Source: Nitrospirota bacterium (GTDB taxonomy: Bacteria > Nitrospirota > UBA9217). Taken from it: 64,000 bases of DNA. Positions 1 to 9,871 of the stretch are shown piece after piece. A model generated the notes under the pieces. It worked only from the letters and a program-made list of their open reading frames with translations. It had not been told where the DNA came from and made no database searches. Positions within the stretch are counted from its first letter, which is position 1; each line of letters begins with the position of its first letter. Position numbers and translations under genes: made by a program. The DNA is taken from contig CAWJQQ010000002.1 in NCBI GenBank assembly GCA_963845065.1, forward strand, positions 448,001-512,000. Direction: 5' to 3'.

Positions 1-27
1 CTCCATGATAACTTCCTCAAGAGTCAT
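1..27 (-). CDS. 5' end of a gene running off the window (MTLEEVIME...)
   Basis: ATG at 27 with a GGGGGA SD-like sequence upstream; only 9 codons visible. Confidence 0.4.
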
Positions 28-99
28 GCACAATCCCCCTTAAAAAAATTGTATTATCTTAAATTTTTTGTGCAGCTATTATCAACTATTTCTCTGCTT

Positions 100-126
100 A
101 AAAAACCGGGAGAAAAACTTCCCGGT
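100..126 (-). terminator. Rho-independent terminator downstream of nrdJ
   Basis: Minus strand ACCGGGAAG-TTTTT-CTCCCGGT followed by a T run. Confidence 0.7.
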
Positions 127-225
127 AATAATGGTCATTTCATAATTTCTTCTTGCCCTGCTGCAATCAAGACAACTGGTTTATTCACATGACCTCCATG
201 CTCTGATCTCCGAGCTCTTTGACGA

Positions 226-2592
226 TTAGCCGCATTTCGAAAATCCGCAACCGCGACAGAAAGCGCAACCTTCGCCGAACTCCAGTAGACCGCCGCAGTC
301 CGGACATTCAGGGCAAAGGCCAAGGTGGTTCGTGTTGCTGCCCTTTGCATTATCGGACGGAGTATAACCTATAGTCTGCTGGACTGATGCGGTCTTGGGT
401 TTATTATGGTTATGCTGGCGATGGCTCACATGCTCTTTTGTATAGCGTTCAAGCGCCCTGCCGATAGCATCGGGGCAGGACAGGATGGATCCGCCTTCGC
501 CCCAGGCTGGAGACGGACAACGAATTCCCTTCACCTGCTTGATAATGGAATCGATGGACACTCCCGAGCGAAGCGCCAGCGAGACCATGCGGGAAACGGC
601 CTCCGACTGGCTTGCGGCGCACCCGCCGGACTTTCCCATGGTGGAGAAAACCTCGCAGATGCCTTCTTCGTCTTCATTAATTGTGATGTAGAGGTTGCCG
701 CACCCCGTGGGAAGCTTCTGGGTTACACCTTGGGTAAGCGCCGGTCGACTCCTCGGCTTCTTCTCCTCGGCCAGTTCAGGCGAGGCTGAAGCGACTGTAA
801 TGAGATGGTTTGCTACCGCAGCTTTGCGCGCCTTTTCCGTAGCCCCTGTGGACAGCACCTGATCGTCGCGGGAGCCGTCTCGGTAGATGGTCACGCCCTT
901 GCAGCCGGTCTTGTACGCAAGCAGATAGACTTTTTCTACATCCTTCTGCACGGCGCTGTGCGGAAAGTTCACGGTCTTGGACACGGCATTATCGGTGTAT
1001 TTCTGGAACGCCGCCTGCATGCGGATGTGCCACTCCGGGGTTATGTCGTGGGCCGTGACGAAGATTTTCTGAACGTCCTCCGGAACGGTCTTGATGCCAG
1101 TGCAACCGCCGTGCTCTGCTATCTCTTTCATCAATGATTCGGATGAGAAGCTGCGAGCTTTCACGACCCGCTCAAACACGGGGTTCACTTCGATCATTTC
1201 AGTACCGTCGAGCACCTTGCGCACAAAGGATAGCCCAAAGAGCGGCTCGATGCCGCTGGAACAGCCGGCAATGATGGACAAGGTGCCGGTGGGCGCGATG
1301 GTCGTAACAGTCGCGTTCCGGAGAGGCGCCATTCCCGGTTTATCGTAGATACTGCCTCTGAAGTTCGGGAAAGCACCGCGATCCCTAGCAAGTTCCTGAC
1401 TAGTCTTCCGGCCCTCATCGGTGATGAACTTCATTACAGTCTCACCGACCCGCACCGCTTCGTCGGAGTTGTAGGGAATGCTCATCTCGAGTAGCATGTC
1501 GGCAAAACCCATAACGCCCAAACCGATCTTGCGGTTAGAGCGGGTCATCTCGCTAATTTTGTCGAGGGGGTAGCGGTTTACATCGATTACGTTGTCCAGG
1601 AAATGGCACGCCTGCTGCACCGTGTACCGAAGCTTGTCGAAATCGATCGCCCTGCCATGCTGCGACAGCATCTTTGCCAGATTGATTGATCCCAGGTTGC
1701 AAGACTCGTATGGGAGCAGCGGCTGTTCGCCGCAGGGGTTGGTTGACTCCACCATGCCTACATGCGGTGTCGGGTTGTACTGGTTGATCCTGTCAAGGAA
1801 TATGATGCCTGGGTCTCCGTTCTTCCAGGCCATATTCACGATCGTGTCGAAGACCCTGCGGGCCTGGAGCCGTTTAACCACTCTTTTACCGCGCGGGGAG
1901 ACCAGTTCGTACTCGCCATCTTTATCCACAGCGTCCATAAAGGTGTCGGTCATGGCAACGGAAATGTTGAAATTATTAAGCCGGTCATTCTGCTGTTTGC
2001 AGGTGATAAAATCGAGTATGTCCGGATGGTCGACCGACAGAATGCCCATATTGGCTCCCCGGCGAGTGCCGCCCTGCTTTACCGTCTCAGTCGCAGCATC
2101 GAACACGGTCATGAACGAGATAGGGCCCGAGGACACACCTTTCGTGGACTTGACCACATCATTCTTCGGACGAATGCGGGAAAAGGAGAAACCTGTGCCG
2201 CCGCCAGACTTATGGATAAGCGCGGCGTTCTTCACGGACTCGAAGATATCGTCCATGGAGTCGCCCACGGGAAGAACGAAACAAGCCGACAACTGGCCCA
2301 GTTCACGTCCCGCGTTCATGAGTGTGGGGCTGTTCGGTAGGAACTCAAGGGACGTCATGAGGCGGTAAAACTCAGTCGTAGTCCGCTCCACTTCTGCGTC
2401 TGACTTGCCATAGGCGCGGTCGGCCTCGGCAATGGTCCGCGCCACGCGCGTGAACATGTCAACAGCTGTTTCAATAACAGTCCCGTCCTCATTCCGCTTA
2501 AGATAGCGTTTTTCGAGAACTTTGAGGCAGTTCTCAGAAAGATTGAGGCCTTTACCGGAAGCTGATGTTGAAACAGAAGTTGCGCTCTTCAT
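226..2592 (-). CDS. nrdJ: Adenosylcobalamin-dependent (class II) ribonucleotide reductase, with C-terminal TSCPD-like domain and Zn-ribbon tail
   Basis: FLPNSPTLMNAG, SACFV, TNPCGEQPL, TIAPTGT, AVSKTVN motifs; C-terminal SCPDAI and CPDC...CRGC. Confidence 0.95.
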   Translation of the reverse strand: MKSATSVSTSASGKGLNLSENCLKVLEKRYLKRNEDGTVIETAVDMFTRVARTIAEADRAYGKSDAEVERTTTEFYRLMTSLEFLPNSPTLMNAGRELGQLSACFVLPVGDSMDDIFESVKNAALIHKSGGGTGFSFSRIRPKNDVVKSTKGVSSGPISFMTVFDAATETVKQGGTRRGANMGILSVDHPDILDFITCKQQNDRLNNFNISVAMTDTFMDAVDKDGEYELVSPRGKRVVKRLQARRVFDTIVNMAWKNGDPGIIFLDRINQYNPTPHVGMVESTNPCGEQPLLPYESCNLGSINLAKMLSQHGRAIDFDKLRYTVQQACHFLDNVIDVNRYPLDKISEMTRSNRKIGLGVMGFADMLLEMSIPYNSDEAVRVGETVMKFITDEGRKTSQELARDRGAFPNFRGSIYDKPGMAPLRNATVTTIAPTGTLSIIAGCSSGIEPLFGLSFVRKVLDGTEMIEVNPVFERVVKARSFSSESLMKEIAEHGGCTGIKTVPEDVQKIFVTAHDITPEWHIRMQAAFQKYTDNAVSKTVNFPHSAVQKDVEKVYLLAYKTGCKGVTIYRDGSRDDQVLSTGATEKARKAAVANHLITVASASPELAEEKKPRSRPALTQGVTQKLPTGCGNLYITINEDEEGICEVFSTMGKSGGCAASQSEAVSRMVSLALRSGVSIDSIIKQVKGIRCPSPAWGEGGSILSCPDAIGRALERYTKEHVSHRQHNHNKPKTASVQQTIGYTPSDNAKGSNTNHLGLCPECPDCGGLLEFGEGCAFCRGCGFSKCG

Positions 2593-2707
2593 AAATCTCC
2601 CTCCCCAAAATAGGATACATATACAAACGTAAACTCAGAAAGAGCACCCCAAAGGCTGCTCTAAAATGTTAATTGATGTTTGAAGGATTATTAGGTAAAA
2701 CAGGATG

Positions 2708-2755
2708 CTACTTCATTTTGTGGACCGAGGTAATTATAACCACAAGATATTGTGT
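2708..2755. promoter_or_regulatory. Tandem NrdR boxes
   Basis: CCACAAGATATTGTGT (2740-2755) fills the -35/-10 spacer; a degenerate second box CTACTTCATTTTGTGG (2708-2723) lies 32 bp away. Confidence 0.8.
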
Positions 2756-2761
2756 TGTCAA
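2733..2761 (-). promoter_or_regulatory. Consensus sigma70 promoter of nrdJ
   Basis: TTGACA (2761-2756), 17 bp spacer, TATAAT (2738-2733). Confidence 0.9.
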
Positions 2762-3049
2762 ACAATTTATAAAAAAAACTTATCCGAGTGAAACATCCGC
2801 ATTCGACGCGTTTAATGCGGTTTTTTGGGCGCCTTTCTTACTACACAAGCGCCAGGCATGGCTAAAATAAGCCCTTATGCTAAAAATGCAAGCCTGTAGC
2901 CTCTATCCTCTTCGTGTTTATTTATCGAACGGTGTTTTCGAGGAGTAGTTTTATCTGGTTTATTGAAAAATGTGATGTCTTTTTTCGGTTGTGGTTCTCT
3001 TAGGGCGCCCGGTAAACCGGTAACAATGAAGAATATATCACACTGTTCT

Positions 3050-3185
3050 TTTAGGTGCCCCGCGCGAGAAACCCCACATGCTTTAACGGTGGGATAAGTC
3101 CTAAGGGCGAGGTGGTTCACAGAACTAAACGTATTGTTTCCCTGTCGTGAGGCATAGGTACTATGTAGCCGTGGGAGTACGTCAA
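3050..3185. mobile_element. Degenerate IS200/IS605-type terminal hairpin remnants, no transposase
   Basis: GAGAAACCCCACATGCTTTAACGGTGGGAT, GGGCGAGGTGGTTCAC and TAGCCGTGGGAGTACGTCAA; two of these motifs recur inverted at 49206-49388. Confidence 0.5.
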
Positions 3186-3234
3186 TATTATGAGGACACT
3201 TGCGCACTCAGCATCTCAGTGCATAGCTCTCATA

Positions 3235-3813
3235 TCATTCCCCTTTTGATAGGATCACTGCTCGACTGAACCGAATCAGCGGAGCATCGATGATTTGAAA
3301 TCCTGCATGCCGAGCGTATCCGAGGATCTTCTGAAACCTCCGATTCGGAACGTGCATTTTGGGTTCCGCATAAAGGAATTTACCTCCCTTTTTCAGGGCA
3401 GAATGAATCTGCTCAAAGAAAAACGGGATATTCTTTACCTCGTGAACCATCCAGAAGGCCAGCGCAAAATCAATCGGCTCACGAAGCATAAGGTCGTCCT
3501 CTTTCGCGCAAATCAATCGGATGCGGTCCGTTATGTTCGCTTTCCTGGCCCGTCTCTTCAGAAACTCAAGCATCTTCTCCTGAAGGTCCACAGCAATGAC
3601 CGAGCCATTCTCACCAACCATCTTCGCCATAGCGATTGAGAAATACCCCATACCACACCCGATGTCCGCAACAAGCATTCCTTCCCGGACATGGGGGCCG
3701 ATAATCGTTTCGGGGTTTTGGAGAAACCTCCGGAGGGGGTTGTCGAAGGTCCAGATCATCCACCATGGACAAATGCGGTTTCTTCTAAAGAAAGAGAATC
3801 CTTGATCATTCAT
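3235..3813 (-). CDS. Class I SAM-dependent methyltransferase
   Basis: VADIGCGMGYF motif I, AVDLQ. Confidence 0.85.
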   Translation of the reverse strand: MNDQGFSFFRRNRICPWWMIWTFDNPLRRFLQNPETIIGPHVREGMLVADIGCGMGYFSIAMAKMVGENGSVIAVDLQEKMLEFLKRRARKANITDRIRLICAKEDDLMLREPIDFALAFWMVHEVKNIPFFFEQIHSALKKGGKFLYAEPKMHVPNRRFQKILGYARHAGFQIIDAPLIRFSRAVILSKGE

Positions 3814-3886
3814 ATTTTGGATTCCCCCGTGGGAAAGTGGTTGAGTTTACAATGGATTATCACGCGTTGCTTTCATCCACTCGTTT

Positions 3887-4353
3887 TCAAAAAAGAGCGG
3901 ACATAGACGACGAAAACTTCTTCAGCCGCGGGAAAAGGATATACCCCTCCAATTTGTGTTTTAGATACATGCCGAGGGCCCGGTCCGAGTACTTGATATG
4001 ATTGATCAGCCAGTCCGTGCACAATTGTTTCGTGTCCTCGGCAACCTGCGGGTTAATCCCTACCATAAGCATCCTCTCCTTCATTTCTCGAAGGTCTTAA
4101 CGAACTGCTCATGCTGCGCCCTGTGGGCCGAGGTGCTGGAGTAGGAGTATTTCTCCATATATTTCTCTTCATTCCCAAAATGGAATACAACATAATTACT
4201 CAAGTATTGGGTGACCTTGCTCATCTCAGAACGGTTTGCTGAGTTTTGATCAAAGGCGTTGATCAAGCTGTCGCTCCGTTTGAACAACTCTTTGTGCTGA
4301 GTATCGATATCTGATGAACCTGATGCAAGTCTGTCGTCCCATTGCAAAGACAT
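3887..4353 (-). pseudogene. Bacteriohemerythrin, frameshifted near 4084
   Basis: IDTQHKELF, HFGNEEKYM and HRAQH in one frame; WLINHIKYSD in the next frame; adding one A restores FEKMKER. Confidence 0.8.
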
Positions 4354-4462
4354 AACATATATTCAGAGCTCCTTTCAAATACCGTGTCAAGGAACTCGGT
4401 TTCTTCTTCAATTAATATTTCTAAATTTAACATATTTTAATGGATATTGAGAATGAATTTCA

Positions 4463-4939
4463 TCATTCCACCACCCACACCGCACAGCCCTTCGCTTCAT
4501 GGACAAGCTTGCTTGATATACTGCCAAAAAGGAACTCCTCGGCCTTCGTCTTATGATGACGGCCGACGACCACGGTGCAGCAAGTCATATCGCACCGGGT
4601 CTCGAGAATGGCGTCGGCCAAAGACATTGTTTCCCCGACGCAGGACATGATTCTAACCTTGTCCTCTGGAAACCCTGACTGCATGAGGATCTGTTTGTAG
4701 TTTTCGAGCATGTCGTTCGCCTTATCGAGTTTGCGCTTAACCCAAGCGTTCAGCTCTGCTTCTGAGTCATAAAAATCCTCCTCAGGATCGGGAATAATGG
4801 AGATGAGTCTGACTGCGAATCCTGGAAACCCGCCAACTAAGTCGGCCACGTACATCACGGCGCGGCGGGAGCTTTCCGATTCGTCAACTGCGATAAGGAG
4901 CTGTTTGTCTTTGGTCTGAACTTTATTTTCGGATATCAT
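4463..4939 (-). CDS. Universal stress protein (UspA family)
   Basis: LLIAVDESESS N-terminus; FLFGSISSKLVHEA..AVWVV C-terminus. Confidence 0.85.
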   Translation of the reverse strand: MISENKVQTKDKQLLIAVDESESSRRAVMYVADLVGGFPGFAVRLISIIPDPEEDFYDSEAELNAWVKRKLDKANDMLENYKQILMQSGFPEDKVRIMSCVGETMSLADAILETRCDMTCCTVVVGRHHKTKAEEFLFGSISSKLVHEAKGCAVWVVE

Positions 4940-5075
4940 GACTGGACTCCTTAAAAAAAATTATAAAGCATTTGCGTGGAGTACGTTGAAACCGCAAAGA
5001 ATTGATGTCTGATCTTGGGTTAAGAGATCGGATTGACGTAATTCTTTACGCCCTCATTAGCCACGGCAGTAATAA

Positions 5076-6062
5076 TCATTTTGGCCCCAATTCCTCCCTT
5101 ACCTCTCCCAGGTCTTCAAGCAATTCCTTTGTCTCCTCATAATAAAGCGGCGCGCTTATCGAAAAATGCATTAGCACCCGGTTCAGCTTTTCCGACACAT
5201 ATGGATATATCTTTTTGAGGTTGCTCACGCGGTTTTGGAACACGATATTCACATCGTCTTCGGTGATACGGTCTAGAAGGTGCGGGGCATCACGTCGAAG
5301 TTGATAGGTCGTGATATCCCCGCGGCCCGTAATGAAAAGCAAGACGTTCCCGAGTCCGAAGAGGTCGTAGCCGAAGCGGCTCTCGCCGTGCTGATAGTTA
5401 AAATCGAAGTCGATCCATCGGTATCTGCCGGTCGAGAGATCTTTGATGATGTGGTCGCGCCGGATATCGCCATGTTTTTCGTTATTCTCATGCAGAAAGC
5501 GGATCGCCTCGACAATCTTGATGTATTCGTCGAGGAGGGCAGGATAATAATTATAGAAAAAATCCTCGTGGTCCCTACCCAATTCGAGGGTGAGCTGGGC
5601 GAGCGTCTTCCCTTTGATGTAATCCAGGACGTGAAGTTGATTCCCGGAGGAGTCGAGGACCGTCCTGCCCTGCATGAATTCCGGTCTGCCGTGCACCAAT
5701 TCAAGGATCCGTGCTTCCTTCTGTGGACTGCGCACGCACTCGAATATGAGATTCCCGATCTTTGCCTGGAACCGCTCCTTGAAGAGCCACTTCAGTATCT
5801 TGACCTCACCATTCAAGAGGTTCAGGGCACGCTTGACCCAGAACTTCTGCTCATCATCGATACCAAACCTGCCCTCGCGCTCATTATTCCTGACAAGATA
5901 GGGTTCCCCATCAAGGATGACGACATCGTCGTAGTCCACACGAAAGAAGTCCGCTGTGTCCTTAACTTGCACGCGTTTGGGCACACGCTCGTTCGAGACC
6001 CACTTTCGAATCATGTTCGAGAGCTCTTTTTCTGAATAACCGCCCGCTGCAGTCGGCATCAT
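5076..6062 (-). CDS. Protein kinase-like (Ser/Thr kinase fold) protein
   Basis: HGDIRRDH catalytic-loop-like motif, WIDFD, YDLFGLG. Confidence 0.7.
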   Translation of the reverse strand: MMPTAAGGYSEKELSNMIRKWVSNERVPKRVQVKDTADFFRVDYDDVVILDGEPYLVRNNEREGRFGIDDEQKFWVKRALNLLNGEVKILKWLFKERFQAKIGNLIFECVRSPQKEARILELVHGRPEFMQGRTVLDSSGNQLHVLDYIKGKTLAQLTLELGRDHEDFFYNYYPALLDEYIKIVEAIRFLHENNEKHGDIRRDHIIKDLSTGRYRWIDFDFNYQHGESRFGYDLFGLGNVLLFITGRGDITTYQLRRDAPHLLDRITEDDVNIVFQNRVSNLKKIYPYVSEKLNRVLMHFSISAPLYYEETKELLEDLGEVREELGPK

Positions 6063-6285
6063 AATCCTCGATCCTTATTACATTATATATCAACCCACTT
6101 CAGTTTAAGGGTATGAACAGTAAAAACTGAACAATATGTGACTTTGATAAGCCGAAATTCACAATCCGGGGTCTGCAATCACAACCTTTTCTCTTGACTT
6201 TTCGGGCAAATAACGCTAATTTCCCTATAATAATTATTCATGGCATGGACCGAAATGGCCCATGCACGGAGGGGCTTAACCACCC

Positions 6286-7044
6286 ATGTCGTATCAGATT
6301 AAACTCGAGATTTTTGAAGGCCCCATGGATCTTCTCCTTCATCTCATCAAAAAACACGAACTCGACATCTACTCCATTCCTATCGCACTCATTACCCAGC
6401 AGTACCTCGAATATATTAACCTCATGAAGAGCCTCGACATGGAAATTGCTGGTGATTTCCTGGTCATGGCGTCGACGCTCACTCACATCAAGTCCAAAAT
6501 GCTGCTGCCTCCGCCGGAAAACCCGGAAAACGATGAGGATGGCATCGACCCACGAGCTGAACTCATCCGTCGCCTGCTTGAGTACAAAAGCTTCAAGGAT
6601 GCAGCTGGTTCCCTCGAGAGTAAGGAAGAACTCTGGTCGCAGATGTACACGAGACCGGCAGAGACTACACCCGATATGCCTGCGGACGATGAACCGCTGC
6701 TTTTTGATTTTCATCTCTTCGACCTGCTCACGGCGCTCAAGGACGTAATGGCCCGCGTACCCGATGCCAAGTTTGAGATCACGGCCGATGCAGTCTCGAT
6801 CACGGAAAAAATTTCCCAGATCCTCTCACGCCTCGAGATCATAGACAGCCTCCTCTTCTCCGATCTCTTCGAAGGGAGCACGTCCAAAGCCCAGGTCATT
6901 GCCACATTTCTCGCTCTCCTAGAGCTAATCAAAACAAGGGTCGTGAAAGTCTTCCAGATCGAGGAGTTCGGCGCTATCAGGATTATGAAGTCCGTAACAG
7001 ACACACAGGATAAAGACACGGCCACGGGGAGCCTGTTCGGATAA
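6286..7044 (+). CDS. scpA: Segregation and condensation protein A (kleisin)
   Basis: FEGPMDLLLHLI, DPRAELIRRLLEY, FLALLEL. Confidence 0.95.
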   Translation: MSYQIKLEIFEGPMDLLLHLIKKHELDIYSIPIALITQQYLEYINLMKSLDMEIAGDFLVMASTLTHIKSKMLLPPPENPENDEDGIDPRAELIRRLLEYKSFKDAAGSLESKEELWSQMYTRPAETTPDMPADDEPLLFDFHLFDLLTALKDVMARVPDAKFEITADAVSITEKISQILSRLEIIDSLLFSDLFEGSTSKAQVIATFLALLELIKTRVVKVFQIEEFGAIRIMKSVTDTQDKDTATGSLFG

Positions 7045-7129
7045 GACTGAAGGCCTTTTTCGCCACAGAGGACAACAACGTCTCCATATCGTATTTTGTC
7101 TAAGTTCATCTGTGGTTACAATTAATTTT

Positions 7130-7978
7130 ATGAAACCCGACTTCAAAACTCTCGCATTGGAGAAAAAATTCGGCGCTATAGAAACCGCCGTGTATGAAGA
7201 CAGGTCGCTCATCGGCAACCTCGTGGCTCTGCTTGCGGAAAAAAACGGAGACGTCCGCTCAGGCGTTCTGAACCTGCTCTCCCGGATCGGCTTTGACTAT
7301 CCGAACGAAACTAGACCCCATCTGCCGACCCTGATCGCGCTCATGGACGATCCGGATATGTTCATCAAAATTGACGCGGCGAATGCCGTGGGTAACTTAG
7401 GCTTCAGCTTCAGGGAATCGGCGGCGCAAGCCACACCAAAATTAAAGGCTCTCCTGGACCATGAGCAGAGCCTGGTCCGTCAGGAGGCCGCCTATGCTTT
7501 GGGTAATATCGGTTTCGCCCACACGGACCTAGTCAAGGACGCGGTTCCGCGTCTGATTCAGATGCTCGAAAAAGGGGACGATGATGAGCGCGAGGCAGCC
7601 GCCCATGCCTTGGGCAAAGTCGGTATCAATGCACCGGAACTGATCCGTGGGATTCTGCCTAAACTCGTCGAAGTACTCGAATTTTCTAAGGAAGCCACCT
7701 GCGGCGGTGTGCTCTTCGCCTTGGGCGCTATCGGCCTGCATTATCCCAGGGAAGTGGCGAGCCTTGTGCCTCGGTTAATGAAGTACCTGGATAGCGGCCA
7801 CCCGAACGCAGTCAAAAACGCCGTAGCTGCCCTCGGCAACATCGGCAGCTCGAACCCCGACATTGTAAAAGATGCGATTCCCAAGATCCGGCAGATCATG
7901 GATTCGACAAACGATATCGACATCAAGATGAACGCCAAAGTTGCCCTTGGAAGGCTTGGCGATCCGTCGGCGATATAG
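7130..7978 (+). CDS. HEAT-repeat (alpha-solenoid) protein
   Basis: About six repeats of ~41 aa (P.L..LL....VR..AA.ALG.IG). Confidence 0.85.
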   Translation: MKPDFKTLALEKKFGAIETAVYEDRSLIGNLVALLAEKNGDVRSGVLNLLSRIGFDYPNETRPHLPTLIALMDDPDMFIKIDAANAVGNLGFSFRESAAQATPKLKALLDHEQSLVRQEAAYALGNIGFAHTDLVKDAVPRLIQMLEKGDDDEREAAAHALGKVGINAPELIRGILPKLVEVLEFSKEATCGGVLFALGAIGLHYPREVASLVPRLMKYLDSGHPNAVKNAVAALGNIGSSNPDIVKDAIPKIRQIMDSTNDIDIKMNAKVALGRLGDPSAI

Positions 7979-8086
7979 GAAACGACATCTTCATTGAGGA
8001 ATGGAGAAAAAGATGTATGGATTAGGGTTTTTCTCCGTGATCTCCATGCTTGGTGGTAAAATCTGATTTGGTTTAAGGGGCTTATA

Positions 8087-8794
8087 TTGGAAGATAAGCA
8101 ATTGAAATCTGCTATTGAAGCACTCCTTTTCATCTCGGGCAATCCCCTGTCCGTAGACAGACTCAAAGGCATCTTTGAAGACGCGACTATAGAACAGATC
8201 GAAGCACAGTTCCAAGCGATCAAACAGGAGAGCGACGACCGGAATGCGGGGATTACGCTGACAGAAGTAGCGGGCGGGTATCAATTTGCAACGAGACCGG
8301 AGAACGTTGCCTGGGTCCGGAAGTTCAAGGCTGTAAAAGTCTCAGCTAAATTATCGAGGCCGGCCCTCGAAACGCTGGCCATAGTGGCATATAAGCAGCC
8401 AATCACTCGAATGGAGGTGGAAGCGGTGCGCGGTGTAAACATCGGTGGCATCATTCGAAACCTCATGGAACGCCGTCTCGTAAAAATCGTTGGCAAAAAG
8501 GATGTTCCGGGCAAACCTCTACTGTACGGAACCAGCTCGGAGTTTCTCCAGTATTTCGGATTGAAGGACCTCTCGTCCTTGCCGACGCTTAAGGAGTTTC
8601 AGGAGCTTGAAGCAGGGGAAGAGGTCATGGAAGAAGTCCCGCTTAAGGGAACGGACGGGCCATCGGACGGGGAGACGGCCGCGGAGGAATCTACGTCCGG
8701 AGAATCCGTTGAACTGGAAGATACAGAAAAAAGCACGGCATCTGGAACGGAACCGGTTACGGTGGATGCGACCGAGGAGAACGTGACAGGATGA
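8087..8794 (+). CDS. scpB: Segregation and condensation protein B, acidic C-terminal tail
   Basis: IEALLF, AGGYQF, LETLAIVAYKQPITR, FLQYFGL..L..LP; TTG start. Confidence 0.95.
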   Translation: MEDKQLKSAIEALLFISGNPLSVDRLKGIFEDATIEQIEAQFQAIKQESDDRNAGITLTEVAGGYQFATRPENVAWVRKFKAVKVSAKLSRPALETLAIVAYKQPITRMEVEAVRGVNIGGIIRNLMERRLVKIVGKKDVPGKPLLYGTSSEFLQYFGLKDLSSLPTLKEFQELEAGEEVMEEVPLKGTDGPSDGETAAEESTSGESVELEDTEKSTASGTEPVTVDATEENVTG

Positions 8795-9735
8795 TCGAAA
8801 TACAGGATGCTCTGCGAAAAAAAGAGATATGGGCTATCGGCGGAGGCAAGGGCGGTATTGGTAAAAGTCTGATCACCGGCAATATCGGCATCCATCTATC
8901 GCGCCTGAAAAAAAAGGTCCTGCTGGTGGATGCTGACCTCGGCGGTGCAAACCTTCATACGACCATCGGCCTTGGAGTCCCAGAAGTGACGCTCTCCGAT
9001 TTCCTGAACCGGCGTGTTGAAAACATTCAAGACGTAATCATTAGCACGTCCATCCCGAACCTCAGTCTTATCAGTGGCGCACAGGACTTCCTTGATGCGG
9101 CCAATCCCAACTTCGCCCAGAAGACGAGGCTCCTCCGGCATCTCGAGACGCTCGATGCGGACTATATCCTGCTTGATCTCGGGGCGGGTACGTCGTTCAA
9201 TATCCTCGATTTTTTCCTCTTCTCTGACCACGGCATTCTGATCGTTCTTCCAGAACCAACCGCTATCGAGAATGCGTACCGGTTTATCAAGAGCGCTTTT
9301 TACCGAAGGTTCAAAAAAGTTGTAGCGAACCAAAACATCAAAGACCTGATCGATGCTGCCATGGACCACAAGAACACGATGGGCATCCGGACTCCCTACG
9401 ATCTTATCGAGCGCGTGAAAATGATGGAACGGGAAGTCGGCGAGATCCTCGAACTCGAAGTGCTCAAGTTCAAGCCCAAACTGATCGTAAATCAGGTGCG
9501 GACCAAACACGATATCCAGATCGGATTCTCGATGAAGAGTGCATGCCAGAAATACTTCGGGATCAGCCTTGAGTACCTGGGTTATGTTGAGTATGACGAC
9601 TGCGTCTGGCAGTCGATCCGGAGCAAACGGCCTCTAGCCATAGAATATCCGTATTCCCGGCCGTCACGGTGCATTGAGCGCATTGTCCATAACTTGCTCC
9701 GAAAGGAACAGCTCACGGCAAGCATGCTGTATTAA
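8791..9735 (+). CDS. MinD/FlhG/ParA-family P-loop ATPase
   Basis: GGKGGIGKS deviant Walker A, VDADLGGANL, LDLGAG, PEPTAIENAY. Confidence 0.9.
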   Translation: MIEIQDALRKKEIWAIGGGKGGIGKSLITGNIGIHLSRLKKKVLLVDADLGGANLHTTIGLGVPEVTLSDFLNRRVENIQDVIISTSIPNLSLISGAQDFLDAANPNFAQKTRLLRHLETLDADYILLDLGAGTSFNILDFFLFSDHGILIVLPEPTAIENAYRFIKSAFYRRFKKVVANQNIKDLIDAAMDHKNTMGIRTPYDLIERVKMMEREVGEILELEVLKFKPKLIVNQVRTKHDIQIGFSMKSACQKYFGISLEYLGYVEYDDCVWQSIRSKRPLAIEYPYSRPSRCIERIVHNLLRKEQLTASMLY

Positions 9736-9871
9736 AAATGTTCACAGCAAAGGTACCAAGACACCAGGACGACAAAAGAATATCAGTGGATTGACCAAAG
9801 CCTTGGCGGATCCGTAAAATACTCCGTGCCTTTGTGTCTTTGTGATGAAATCAGTTTAGCCTCTTCCAGTT

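Noticed and set aside
1592..2368. Long antisense ORFs (also 5280-6035, 41203-42039, 53742-54617, 46070-46594)
   Set aside because: Shadow frames of well-supported genes, with no recognisable motifs
4081..4083. Selenocysteine at the TGA splitting the hemerythrin
   Set aside because: The continuation is in another frame, so it is a frameshift; no SECIS-like hairpin noticed
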